DNA of 64,000 bases from Lama guanicoe (GCA_013239625.1 MU054187.1:21207280-21271279), one strand, 5' to 3'; shown: positions 25,286 through 38,654, numbered from the stretch's first letter. Numbers and translations are program-made. The notes: generated from the letters alone by a model not told the origin.

Positions 25286-27389
25286 ACTGTTTCTTCCCAG
25301 GGGCACACACTTTTGTAAGCAATTCCTTTATTAAAATCTCCTAAGTTATCCCCAATTAAATATACTTCCTTCTCCGGAAGACCCTGGCTGTCCATTATCA
25401 TTATATACAAATATTACATGACAATTGGATGCTTAAAATAAGGTTCCTGTTTTGAATGCAGAAAGCAGTCTCTCCTGCTTCCTTCCATCAACACTGTAAT
25501 CAAAGATGGACAACATAACATTAACAAAAAGAAAAACTGGGGCCAACCATTTAATTAACCACAAAAATGGCACAAGACCTTTTTTTTCCCCTCAAAATTC
25601 CTGGAACCTGTATTTAGGATTCAAATAGTGCCTGACATTTCAAAACTAAGGATCAGCCTCACCTTGGGAAGCAATGACTGTAGCTGTTTTCAAATTATTG
25701 TATTTCTTGTCTTTAAGATGGCCAGTCAGTTGACAGTTTGGGGGGCTTTGTCCTGGAAACATTCCTATACTGGTGGTATAATTAATGATCGTTCTTATAG
25801 GAGAGGAACACTGCGGGGAAGCAGGAGGAACTGTATCTATTCTTTGCAGATTACTTCATTGCTACTTATTATGCTTTGCCCTCTTCTCCCGAGTCTGGTT
25901 TCTAGACCTTAAAACAACATGTATGATAATCCTCAAGTAGTCTCTTAATCAAAACCCAGCTGTTTCCATTTGAGCCAGTCTTCTCAGAGCAGATTACTGA
26001 ATCCGCTGAGAATTTGGAAACATTAACCACCTCAGTTCATCAGAGCATCTTTTAATGTACAGTAGTTGTAAACTATTTTGCCTGAAGTTGGAAACTGCAT
26101 CCTGAGATGTGAAAGTCAAAGCTGATTTGAGCAAATAAATTCTGATCCACAGAAGGCCATAGATTAATCTTACTGAAAAGAGAGCGAAAAAATATTGGGA
26201 AGTATTTTTAGTTCCAAAGGAATAGATATCAGTTAATTCACAGGTACTTACTGAGAACCTAGGATATACCCTACTTAAAATTGTTAATTTTTTTAATTTA
26301 ATCCTCTAGCAGATATAAACTAGTAGACCAATGGGGCCTAATACTTGAACCCTTGCTCTTATTGTCAAATAAATATATTTTAGTTATTAATTATATTTAT
26401 AGCTGGATATAATAATATTATTCTGAACTCTTTACAAGATATTTGTCTAATATGTATTCCGAATCTCATCTAATATATGTTCCAAATTTAGAACATCATG
26501 AAGAATAACTAGAAAGAAAGAATAGAAAGGTGCACTTTAATTGTGAGTAACTCATGGTTGTGATCATCATCGTTATCAAAAGAAATGTAAAATGGGTTAA
26601 CGATCTTGAATGTGTCTGTACATTCATGCTTCTAATGATCTTGCCTCAGTGAGGGGGAAAAGATGCCTGCTTTAAGAGCTGTGTACAGAATTCCCTTAGG
26701 AAGACAACTGTCTTTGTTTACCTAGACACCTTAATGAGTGCCTTTGGCTTTGTAATTAAGGATTTCTGTGCACATCCTAAATTAGATAGTGTAAGAAAAA
26801 CAGATAGCTTAGAGGCTGGGTGGGAGAAACTACTCTGCAGAAAAACAGAATTTTGGAAGAGGTAAGCAAATAAGTCAAAGAGGATGGGGAGAAGATAGTC
26901 AAGAAATGTAGTGGTAGGCTAGGGTTCAAAATAAAGAGTGTTGTAATTCCTGTTGAGCTGAAAAGAGAAGCCATTTCTAGAGTCCATGAAAAGGTTTAAA
27001 ATAAATGAAATATTTTAAAATTCCTTTAATTTTTTATACTAATACAATGTTTAGTATACTTGAGTGGACAGATCTCTGAGTATATTAGCTATGGAATAAA
27101 TGTTTTGCTATCAAAGCCAATTTTTATAAAGATCAGAAGTGGAGTCCAGTGTGCTGGCAGAAGGTGGTATACAAGTCTTGGCCAGGGCAAGATATAAAGG
27201 ACAGTTAGAATTTGAGAATAGTCAACTTTTAAGAGATTGTTTGTGCCATAATAATATTCACCACCTCTAAAAACTTCCTTCCATCCACTATATTTATTAT
27301 TCTTATCTCCAAACTCATTCAGTTATATATATTAACTGTGTACAGTTTTTTGTCTATTATATCTCAGTAATGTTTTAAAAAAAAGATTT

Positions 27390-27860
27390 ATGGTTATTGT
27401 AAATTGCATTGTTTTAAATCTCATTTTCCAATTGTTCACTAGATTATATAGAAATACAGATGCTTTTTGTATGTTGACCTTGCATCCTACAATGTTACAG
27501 AATTGAAGAGTTGATCTTCTAGAGTTTTTTGTAACATTCATAAAGATATTTTTCATAAACAATTATGTTGTTTATGAATAATGACCGTTACACTTCTTTC
27601 CAATCATGCTTATTTCTTTCCAATCTGTGTGCCTCTTATTTCTTTTTCTTAGAGTATTGATTGCACTTGCTAAAAATTCCTGTGTTGAAATAAAGTGACA
27701 TTAGGAGACATCTCTTCCTGATTCCTTCTCTTAGGGGAACAAGGGTAGATGTTTTATGATTATGCATGATATTAACTGTAAGTTTTTCATAGGTGCCCTT
27801 TATCATATTTTGGAAGCTCCCTTCTAGTCCCATCTGGAATTTTATCAAAAAGATATTTTC
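27390..27860 (-). mobile_element. Decayed LINE-1 ORF2 (reverse transcriptase region)
   Basis: Minus ORFs contain FCNIVGCKVNIQKASVFLY (cf. L1 FSKVAGYKINIQKSVAFLY) and LEGSFQNMIKGTYEKLTVNI..PLREGIRKRCLL (cf. IEGTYLNIIKAIYDKPTANI..PLRSGTRQGCPL). Confidence 0.85.
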
Positions 27861-28054
27861 ATTAATGTTCACAGAAGTCATATGTATAATAAGTAATTCA
27901 GAGATGTAAAACAATTCTCCATTTTAATATTTCTGAAATTAAGTTGCATTTTTAAATCGGCATATGTTTAATGCAGCTTCTCTTTCTGGTAAAACTTTTA
28001 TCAAGTTGACACTTTTTTTTTGAAATAGCACTTTAGAAATCAAGAAAAAAGGGT

Positions 28055-28420
28055 CATTCAATAAACCCATTCATTTAATAAATATGTATTGACTGCCTGC
28101 ACTGCCAGGAATAAGGCTAGATGTTACGAAAGCTACAACAAGAACAGATGAGACTTCAATTTTCTTAGAGATCTAGAAGGTAAAATATAAACAATTCAAT
28201 AGGATAAAATCTAGTAAGTTGCCACTGCAGCATAATGCAGATAGATTTAAAATGCTATAGGATAACCAGAGAGGGAGTTAATAATTCTGGATGTGGTGTT
28301 CGGAGGAGAAAGAGCTCATCAAGTGGCAGGAGACAAGGCTGGGAAACAACATAAGCCAAGGCAGGAAGGTGTGAAATGTCAAATGATGGCTAGTCTGGTA
28401 GAACCGTAGTGTAGGGAAGT
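28055..28420 (-). mobile_element. LINE-2 fragment
   Basis: cattcatttaataaatatgtattgactgcctgcactgccagg..gctagatg is the reverse L2 terminus. Confidence 0.6.
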
Positions 28421-28467
28421 TCCTCTCAAACATCAAGTAATGAACAGAACACTTTCAAAGGAAAGCA

Positions 28468-28525
28468 GGGGGAAGGTATAGCTTAGTGGCAGAGCATGTG
28501 CTGTGCATATATGACGCCCTGGGTT
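28468..28525 (+). mobile_element. 3'-truncated tRNA-Ala-derived SINE head
   Basis: gggggaaggtatagcttagtggcagagcatgtgctgtgcatatatgacgccctgggtt aligns with the heads of the SINEs at 5.4 and 43.2 kb; no tail. Confidence 0.8.
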
Positions 28526-29044
28526 ATTTTGAATGATCCAAACCTTCACAAATTTGCTCTAGAAATACTTATAGGTGTCTTAGTAACTGTATAACACAGT
28601 TGTCTGAATTAATGCCCATGTAGAATATGCCTTTTTTCTTTTTAAGTATAAATAATAAGCACAGGACAATTTGAAACTTACAAATAAAGCATTAAAATCA
28701 AAAATAACCAAAGCAATTGTTTAGAATTTAGACCAACCAAGAATTTTTTTTCAGGGAAGGTAATTTTCACTGACACTGTTTAGACTCTCCTGCACCCTGG
28801 TGTACTGCTGCCACCACCCCACCCTTGGTAAGCTACTGGATTATGGAATACTAATAAGAAAACTAGATAAATATACATGAAGAGAAGTCTCTGAATCCAT
28901 TTGTGGAAGTCAAGTTCTGCTTCACTGCACTTCTACTTTGGCTGAATATTTGATATAAAATAAATAGACCCTGAAGCAGGTGGTTGGCTAATAGAAAAAG
29001 ACCTTTAAAGTGTGAAATTATTACCCAATATTTTTAGTATAAGG

Positions 29045-29264
29045 CAGGAGTCAATAAACTATGGCCCACAGGTCAAATATTGTCTGCCACCAGATTTTGT
29101 AAATAAAGTTTTATTGGAACATAGCCATGCTCATTTATTTTCATATTGTCTATGGCTGCTTTAAGCTGCAGTGGCAGAAATGAGTAATTGAAATAGATAT
29201 CAAATGGCCTGCAAAGCCTAAAATTTATACTACCTATTCCTGTACAGAAGTTTGCAAACACCTT
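29045..29264 (+). mobile_element. MER58A-like hAT-Charlie DNA transposon, near full length
   Basis: caggagtcaataaactatggccc...ttttgtaaataaagttttattggaacatagccatgctcattt...ggcctgcaaagcctaaaat...gtttgcaaacacctt. Both 8-bp flanks have a central TA. Confidence 0.88.
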
Positions 29265-31754
29265 CTCTATTACATCTGTGTACAAATTGGGTGTTAAAGT
29301 TTACTTTATAATGAATTTATTTATCAAGCTCTGTTAATGAGAAACAGAAAAGCAAATAAAATTGATCTAGTTTGGCAAAGATGTAGCAGTAAGGATTTAC
29401 TATCAGAGAAAAATGTTATTGAGGCAACAATGTTCTTAACAGGACTGTGAAGTCAACAGAGGAAAGATGTTTATTTCCATCGAGTGAGATTATGAAACAT
29501 TAACTCTGCATTTGCATTGATACTGAAACCAAAATAGCATTTGTAGAGAAAGGATGATTGAAGTGTTAGCATCCGTGCAAGGTACAGTAACAGCAAATCA
29601 TTTATCAAGAGATAATTTATAACTTCACTTTACAGAGAGAGTTATTTTCATGGTACAATTACTTCATATTTGGAAATGATTGTAACAAATTTTTTCCCCT
29701 TCAGCACAAATTGTATGACCTGCTTCACAAAGTTCATGGTACAAATATGGTTGAATATTGTTGTTGTCCAATTAATTGTATGAGTTATCATCTATAAAGT
29801 TTAGCAAAGAGCTTAATATTAACTGTTTGAGACCTCACCAACCTCCAAAATTTGTACAGATTTGAAGGTTTCTTAGTCTTAAAAAACACACAGATGGATA
29901 GTTGGGAACCCAGTTCCCAAGAGATTCCCATTTTTCAAATGCCCCTGGTTCTTCTTGTTACCTTGCTTCATTGCTATAAATTGCTCCTGAATATAAAATT
30001 TCAGTCTTGTTTGGCCCTGGGGTGAACCTCTAAGCCTTGCTCCTTTTTTTCCCAGGAGAAACCTTGGGCTCTTTAAATTGATCTATTTCCTCCTTTACAT
30101 TCATTTCATATTCTCAAGGGACATTGGCTGGGCCAGTTTCAGTCGGGCCACTGAAGGTCAAGTTATCCCCTGCTACCTGTTCTCCAAAGGGTGATTACTT
30201 GTCATACATTTGCATAGCTGAGTGGCCACTTGGTTGACTCCTATAAAGAAGATCATTTCCAGGGTAATACTGGGCCCACCTTGGAAATAAATGGACTATA
30301 TATAACTTCTTGTTTCTATAATAATGTTTAACGTCTGCCTCACAGCATTGCCTGGAAAAATTCCTGGAGCTAAGCAGCTTTTGGTTGTTGGTGTTTCGTG
30401 CTTCCTCTAGACACTGAAGGCTGGCACTGTCAAATAAGAACACGAGTCAATGAGAGTTGACAAATCTGTAGAGACATTTGACTGTGGGAGGAAGGAGAAG
30501 AGGAAAGCAGGGGCTAGAAGAGGATTTGAGAAGAGAATGCATATTTATTGTGTGAAGGAAATGGATGTTTCCAAGAATACTTTTCAGGAAGAAAAAGATT
30601 TGAGTGCAATTTAGGCTGAGGGTAAGTTAGAGAGGGAAAATTTCCATTTTTAAGAATGGCAATTGGTGGTAGAAGATTTCTGTGAGAAAAGCAAGCATTT
30701 CTAGAGCGTAGGGAGACGAGTCCTGGAGGGAGTCATTCAAAATGATTTAAATTTCCATTCATGTAGATTGCAAATATTTATTCATATTTTTAGGGGGCCG
30801 TCATAGAGAGAAAGGATTCCACTTATGTTGCAGTATTTTGTAAACAGATCTGAAGACCTCTGGGAGGAGTTATGAGGAAGCAAAACTTGGAAGAATTTTT
30901 TTCTCCCAAAATAAGAGTAGATTTATTGTTTCCTCTGATGGTATAAGTAATGCATGATAATAATTTTTAAAAATGAAGAGGCGCATAGGTAAGGAAACAA
31001 AAAAACCTGAAATCCCATTACAGAAAGTCTTTTTGCCGACTGTCTTTCATACTGCTTTCTCTATGAATACTCCTACATATACAGTTGATGTAAATGGAAT
31101 TATATGATACGTGGTATTTTCATCAGGGGTAATTTTTTAAAATAAACTTAAAAATATGGCCTTCTTTTCTTTTTCCCCTTTTCCTTATACTCTCTAACCT
31201 CATCTGTAAGTTAGAACCCTACAAATACTACAAGTATTTTCTCTGCCATATTTCTACTTTCCTATGACAAAGTGAGATCTTATACTCTTTGACTCTTTCT
31301 CTTTAAGTTACCTTTTTTTTGTCTAGAGATCATAAAATTTTCTCTGAAACTTCACCTGGATATGCCTGTGTGTACTTAAAAAAAAAGTCCTGTTTGGAGC
31401 TAGACTTTCTGTGATACAAAATTAAATCTTTCTTTAAATGAGAGAAATCTCATATTATTATCTTTCGAATTTCGACCCCTTCTCCAGTAGTTCATGTTTT
31501 TCCTTCTAGTATGACTTGTATTTTGCGTGTTCTGTCTCCCGGATTTGTCGTAACCTCCTCCTTATTATAGTTCCCTGATTATTTTTAATCTTTCCATTTT
31601 CTCTTTGTTTTGAGATATATTTTGCTTTGTAGGAGTGAATAACATTTTGTTTTTTAGTTTCTTAAGTCTGTATTTATGCTGGATTTCTCATTAGGGAGCT
31701 CTTTTTTCTTCTTTCTCTTTTCTTTACTTTCTTCGTTCCTTTCTTCCATGAAAA

Positions 31755-31872
31755 GACAGGGAGGAAACTTAAATGCATGTTACTAAGTGAAAGAAGGCAG
31801 TCTGAGAAGGAAGGCTATGTACTGTATGACTCCAACCACATGACATTCTGGAGAGGCAAAATTATAGACAGA
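31755..31872 (+). mobile_element. LINE-1 (L1MC-like) 3' UTR fragment
   Basis: ggaggaaacttaaatgcatgttactaagtgaaagaaggcagtctgagaagg..tactgtatgactccaac..tgacattctggagaggcaaaattatagac. Confidence 0.8.
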
Positions 31873-31877
31873 TTTGT

Positions 31878-31942
31878 CCTTCCTCCCTTCTTTCCTCTTT
31901 TTCTCCCTCCCTTCCTCCCTTCCTCCATTCCTTCTTTTTCCC
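31878..31942. repeat. CT-rich (TTCC-like) low-complexity tract
   Basis: Directly visible polypyrimidine repeat. Confidence 0.8.
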
Positions 31943-33065
31943 TGTGTGAGAAAGTTATCTTTCTCCTCTAGCAACATTACTTTACTAGGAGCCACCTAGT
32001 AAAGTTGTCTTCCCCCCACCCCTTTCCCTAGTTCTGAGGTCTGAGGCGGTTTGCTCCTCACTGTTATCTCCCCATGTCTTTGGTGATGCTTGGAGCAGGT
32101 CCAGCTAGTGGGAAGTCTCAAGAGGGGACAAACCAACAGATGGAGGGAAGGGCGGCAGTGTCTTCCGCTGGCTGGTAATGGCCCAGCTCTTAAGCTCTCT
32201 GCCCTCCATTCAGCAGCCTCTAAGCTCCCAGGTCTTTATGGTCTCAAGACTTAGACAAATCTGAGGCTCAGGGATAGGAACAGAAAGTCAGCCTCCTTGG
32301 GCAGCTTTCAAAGCAGTTCTTACTAAGCCAGAGACTCAGTAGGTGCCCATTTCACAGAGTGGGTGGCCGGGTATGGCCATGCAGGGTGCGGGGCCACCGT
32401 GCACATAGACTATCATGGCAGTGGCATCTGTAACGCTGCAGCCCTGTCCTGTAAACCAGGGAGAGTTGAATCTTCACCTGGCCCCCTTGCTGCCACAGTC
32501 CTCAGTGTTCCAATGTGGTCCAGAGGACAAGAAATTCACTCTCCCTCTACATGACAGAGCGCAAATCCTCCACACACAGACAGAGCCCACCCATCTGTTA
32601 GTGTTGTACTGAGTCTCCCAGGAGAGTTTGTTAGATTCAACATGGGGATGGGGGGGGGGTTGCAGGCAGGGCTCTAGAAAGTGGCCCTAATGTTTTCTTA
32701 GCATTTCTTTCTTTTTTCATCTAAAATATTTGTTACACTAGATAAATACATACATCAAGGTAAGACATTTGTGGGTGTTAATTTTAGTTATTTATTCTTC
32801 ATAGGTTGAAAAGAACTCACTCACTGAATTTTCCTGAAATTGCCCTTAATAGAGCATTAATTGACAATTTAAAAAAATTAAACACTGTGAATATATTTAC
32901 TGTATATCCTGTAATTAAATTCTCAGCATTTCTTAATGCTTTAACAAGAACCAAAGATGAAAACTCCGGGACAAAACTGCCTACTATTGAGGGAAATTTT
33001 TTTAAAATGAATTTGGATGTCTTACAAAATAAGTAGTTACCCTGGGATTGGAATTAGTCTTACAA

Positions 33066-33908
33066 ATTTTTTTAACAACAATTTTTTAGAGAGATTTTAG
33101 CTTCACAGCAGAATTGAGAGGAAGGTAGAGAAATTTTTCATACATCTCCTGCCCCCAAAGACGCATAACATTCTCCCCTACCTTCTCTCCACTGTGGTGC
33201 ATTTGAGACAATTGATGAACCTGTATTTATGCATTACAGTTGCCCACATCCATAGTTTGGTTCACTCTTGTATCATACAGTCTGTGGGTTTGGAGAAATG
33301 AATAATGACATTCACCTCTCATTTTGATATCACAGTATTTTCACTGCCCTAAAAATCCTCTGTGCTCAGCCTTTTGGCCACTGTCCCAGCCCCTAACAAG
33401 CACTGATCTTTTTATTGTCTCTACAGTTTTACCTTTTCCAGATTTTCGTACAGTTGGATATAGCCTTTTCAGATTGGCTTCTTTCATTTAATATCATGCG
33501 TTTAGGGTTCCTCCCTGTCTTTTTATAACTTGATAGCTCATTGCATTTTAGTGCTGAATAATATTCCATTATCTGGATGTACCAGAGCTTATTACCTTTT
33601 ATCTAAGAAAAGACATTTTGTTTTCTTCCAAGTTTGGCAGTTACGAGTGAATCTGCTATAAATATCCATGTGAAGGCTTTTGTATGGGCATACATTTTCA
33701 GTTCCTTTGGGTAAATACCAAGGAGTGTGACAGCTGGGTGATATGGTAAGACTCTGTTTAGTTTTGTAAGAAACTACCGAACTGTCTTCCAAATGGCTGT
33801 ACCATTTTGTATTCCCACCAGCAATGAATGAGAATTCATGTTGCTCCATAGCTTCACCAGCATTTGGTGTTGTCAGTGTTCTGGATTTTGGCTATTCTGA
33901 CAGGTATA
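33066..33908 (-). mobile_element. LINE-1 (L1MC-like) 3' end
   Basis: ttttagcttcacagcagaattgagaggaaggtagaga, acaattgatgaacct, gctgaataatattccatt, gggtaaataccaaggagtg. Minus ORF 33592-33849 has L1 ORF2 C-terminal remnants (GGNTKWYSHLEDS). Confidence 0.9.
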
Positions 33909-35774
33909 TTTTGTAAATTTCTGATGATGGTCTCTCATGGTTGCCATAGACTCAGTTTCTCAGTTGGGAAGCACGTAGTCCTGTAACAGTTACAGATTTC
34001 CTTCTAGTTCCGTGTTTCCGTTGGAGCATTAGAGCCAGTCCTTTATTCTTACTCCCTAGATCCTTATCATTTTGCTTTTTTGTAAAATTATGAAAAAAAT
34101 AGAGGAATAGAAATTTTTGTTATTCTAGTTTTAAAGCAAAAGTTTCATATAAATAAAGCAATTTCTAGAAGTCACACAATAATTCTATTATAGAATTAGT
34201 ATGTAACTTAGAAGTATAAGCAACCAACTTTTTAGTACTCTAACATTGCCACTTGACAATTAACAAAAAGTTAATTGGAGAGAATGCAAGACTCAAATAT
34301 ACTGCATGATACAGTGAGGCATTTTTGCTCTTCTTTTCTATGTTACTTTTTCAATTCAATGTGAAGATACTACAAACCCCTGGTTTAAAAAAAATAAAAA
34401 TAAATGATACATAATGAAAAGTAACTTTCCATTCCAAATCCAGAACAGTAATTCCTGCCCTTAGAAGCAGCCTCTCTTAAGAAGTTCATTTATATGATTC
34501 AATTGTATAAGCTAAAGCAGAAATGTGATTACAAGATATTTTTGCAAATATTTAGATACTGTGTTATATCCCTGTTCCGAAAGCAAACAAACTTCAATAA
34601 ACCTTCCTTGCGTCTAAATTACATTCACATCCCTTTGCTGTGCATTCAGAATCTCTGCAGCCTGACCTTAATTTGTCCTTTCAGCAGATCTCCATATTGC
34701 TTCTTTATATGTATGTAGTTCACCCGTCAAACTGAATATTCTATGAAGCTGTTCATGTTTTTTTAATCTGTTGAAAACCTTTCTCTTTAACTAACCATTC
34801 AAATGCCTCAAATTCTACAAAGTGTACCAGATACCATAGGAGATTGTGTTTTTCATTAACTGTGAATACCAATAATACAAATAGGTACACATTATACAAA
34901 AGAATGAATATATCTTTAACAAGGCATTATACATAATAGTTTCTTGTGTTATCATTTTATTTGGATTTATGGTTGTATTTGCCATTTAATAGATTATAAA
35001 CTCTCAGAGATGTTCCATTATTATATGTTTCCAACAGATACAACATATATTCATCTTTAATATACACAATAAAGACTAAAGTCTTCACTTTAGCTCTTCC
35101 TTGGGGAACAAGTTTCCATTTGAAAAAAAAAAACTGACCTGCAAATTAGCAAAGGGTACACACTTTGCATGCCTTTAGATGTGCCTAAAGTGGTACATGG
35201 ATTATCCTTCCTTCCAAGATAACTGGAACAGAGTCAGAGAGATGTAAAATATTTTGAGACATCAATTTTTAAAAGTATCATTTTGAATTTGTGATGATTT
35301 ATTCAATACTCTGTTGGTTTTAAATTGTTATTTCTGTTTTTAGTACTCACTATCCTGTAATTTATGTTTTTAAAATATCCATGAAAACATATTTTAAAGA
35401 AATAAATATACCTTGATCTGAAAACATGCAGTTTCATAATTGTACATATTTACCTAGCATATGGAAGCTTTTAGGAATAGGTAACTAATTTATTTATATA
35501 AGGCATATGATATTTGGGAATTGTTTTAACTGTAAGTTAGTTTTATTTCCACTTATCTTCACTCTGAAAACTTTAGCTATTTACCGTTTTTTTTGTTTTA
35601 CTTGTTTACAACCTTAAAATTAATTAGGTGTGTGTTTTCTCTTCTATCTGTGACTTTGGGCTTTTTCATTCGTATAAATAGAAGCAGATGTGTAAGGCAT
35701 CTCTTCAGAAGTAGCAGGGATGGGGAAAACCACTGAGTTACCAGTTGCTGGTTACTACTTGCTATCTTAAAGTG

Positions 35775-35965
35775 GAAAGATAATTAGATTTTGAGGCTAG
35801 ACAGGCTGCTTCACCAGTCACTAGCTATATGCTTTTGAAATATTATGAACCCTTCTGGGTTTCTATCTGCTTTTCTATAAAGTGTTTAATATAACTTGGT
35901 GATATTTAAGTATAATAAGGGAAAACACTGTACCTGACACATATAAGCGCATATTTATTGAATAT
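35775..35965 (+). mobile_element. MIR SINE
   Basis: agattttgaggctagacag..cactagctatatg..ctgcttttctataaagtg..tgtacctgacacatataagcgc. Confidence 0.6.
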
Positions 35966-37009
35966 CATCAGCCTTTTCTACTAGAAAAGTTGCTCTTTGT
36001 GGCAAAACAAAGGGTTTCAGTTAGTGAGACTATTAATTGCAGCAAAAATAAAAAATAATATTGAATTTATTATTCTTTTCATTTTGTTGTTGTAGGATTA
36101 ATCATGGTGTTATGGACCATTTAGACCCCAGTCTGCTTTCCATGGCAACAAGCAAGGTGGTGAAAGGACTGGTTTTATCAAAAATAATCCCCAGGGTCCA
36201 AAGTTTGCAAACTAGTTAGTATCACCGGGTGTTCCGTTTGGGGATGAGAACACTTGGAATGCTGTAGATTCCCTCCAAGGGACGTTTGACAGGACTGACA
36301 GGATCTTGTCCCTTCCAGTGTTGTTTAGACACTTCCCTCTATTGTAACAATCAACTCGTAACCATGCCTATATTGGTACAATTCTCTAACCAAGCAAATG
36401 AAACTCCTGAGTATACACTTACATGATTTCAAGATGTAACTATCATTCTCAGAATGAACTCTCTTATTGAAGCAAACATTAGCTTGTCTATAGCCATGAT
36501 TCTCTTCGTATGTATAAATATCTGGGAATATATGTCTAGATACTTAGATATATCTTACATATGTATCTGAATATATATGTATATATACATATGTATATCC
36601 AGCCCTGACTTAAGCTTTCCAAGAACACTTTGAACTACAGTCAATCAGATCCACAGTAATGTAATTACAGTTTTATCTTCAATCTTCTCCCATTTTTTAG
36701 TGCTCATTATAAGTAATCAGTATAGTGTTAGGACAGTTTTGATACTTTCCTATGGTATTATGGCCCCCCAAGTCCAAAATAAAAAAAAATCCCAGAAATC
36801 TTCTTCTCATTCTTACTGCAATTTCCAATGAGGGTAAAGACATGGAGAACAACTGATAGGATTCCAAATGTGCCTTAAGAGTTACAGGAGTGCTCAATTT
36901 TCTAATTCAAGCTCTGGAAAAACTGGGTCATGGCACCACTTAGGCTCACGATCTAAGACGCGGCCGCTTCCTTCTCCTCGTTAAAACCTCCCTCCAGATC
37001 TCGGGACGC

Positions 37010-37025
37010 TACTGCCACCTGGTGG
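37010..37025 (-). promoter_or_regulatory. CTCF consensus binding site
   Basis: Minus strand CCACCAGGTGGCAGTA fits the core CCASYAGRKGGCRSYR. It lies in a locally CpG-retaining patch (~36945-37090). Confidence 0.65.
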
Positions 37026-38654
37026 GAGGTAGGGCTGGTAAGTGGTGCAGCGTGGCTGGAAACTTGTCTCCGTGATCACCGCGTGAACATCTATGTGGAG
37101 ACAGAACAAGAGAGATGGAACCTGTAAGGACCTCTTGTAAGGCCTGAGTCAACTTACTGACTGGTCTGCAAATCAGGGACAGAGTCTGGGTTTACACCTT
37201 TCACAACGTGGTGGCTACACCTGCTGGTAACTGTACTTTGCTGGATGACGCAGAATAAATTCACTGATTTAACTACTCCTTCTTGATTTGTACACGTGTA
37301 GAATGGAAAGAGTGAGGTTTGGGGAAGGAAGTTAGCTTTCTACTCTTTCATGATATACTGAACTCTCAAGATTATATAAATAAGGAAAACGTTATATAGA
37401 TCATTAACAGTGTTTCCTTTCATCTATATCGTACATACAATTTCAATGATTTTTAAGTTCGCTTTTATTTTTGAGTAGGAAAGAAATCATCCCATTTCTG
37501 TTTGCTGGAAGCCAACATAACTCTGTTGTAATTATTAGTCACCATGAGCCACATGACTATCCTGTGTCCTGTAGAAGCTAGTATAATACCCAGATTTGTA
37601 AATTAGAAATTCATAAAAGAGTTTCATGCTCCACATGAATAAGCTCTCTTGAGTTTGCATGTCATAGACTGAGTATCGTCACCCCAGGATATTATTTCCA
37701 TTATATGATTAGCTCTTCAAAATTCTAACTACTTCATAGAGCAATATCAAGACCTTCTTTTTATAGTCAATGTCATTTTCTATGATTGAATTGAATAATA
37801 ACCATTATTCATAATTCCATTAATTGCTTACTTTGACTAAAAAGTCTCATTGCGACTACTAATGGATCTCCTTTTAGGACTTGTTAACATGGCACCTCGA
37901 ATAAAGCACTAAATGCCTGATAGGAAGATGTACTTCTAACCTTTCTAGTGTGGAAGGTGCTCATTAGCAGTACTTCTAACCTCTAGTGAGGAAAGTAGGA
38001 GATGCTGCAGTTAATACAGATTTAAGTTTAATCATCAATGCTTCCATAGCACTCTGTGTGCTTTCTTCTTATTCACATCCAAATGAAACTGCCTTTTCAT
38101 CATATATATTTTTAAGAGGATCAGGGTAATGATAACATACTTTTCAACAGACTGTCATATATCGTCATAGATGTGAAAGCAAAAACCATAACCACACTAC
38201 TGAGTTGAAATGTTGTATTTCCTGAGAAGACAGGAAAGACTTTATATAATTCCATAGGAAAAGTCTACAGAAAGTCTGCACTGTAATTATAGTCACAGCT
38301 TTTTAAATTTCTTTTACTTAGCTATGCTTGGTGAAGCCCTGTTTATTCAGGAGATAAAAGATGTTTTGCTGATTTTTTTTCTCTCTATGCTGCCTTATCA
38401 ATGCACATTTCATTAGGCAAAACTTGAAGTATTTACTATGGGAAGAGTATTGGGAGTAAATGCTAGAAATAGAATATTGAGAATATGCAGCCAGCTTTCT
38501 TCTGTAGCTTACATTTTGGTGGAGGGGCTTATAGTGAATTTTTAAAATTATTTCTTCAAACTGGTGTTCCTCCTTGTTATCAATAAAATACTGGTTTGGG
38601 GGAAACAGGAGTAAATATTAAGTAAGTGAATTGTGAGGTTTCTTAGCAAATCTT

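Noticed and set aside
27332..27914. Functional reverse transcriptase gene
   Set aside because: Frameshifted, heavily diverged LINE-1 ORF2 remnant.
29902..29920. Hairpin ttgggaac-cca-gttcccaa as a terminator or structured RNA
   Set aside because: An 8-bp stem is expected by chance in 64 kb, and there is no supporting context.
31945..32700. GC-richer block with short ORFs as exons
   Set aside because: No convincing splice-site pair or recognisable peptide; it lies among L1 fragments and is probably decayed TE sequence.
36545..36600. AT-rich palindrome as a miRNA hairpin
   Set aside because: Self-complementarity arises from low-complexity (TA/CA/TG) sequence.
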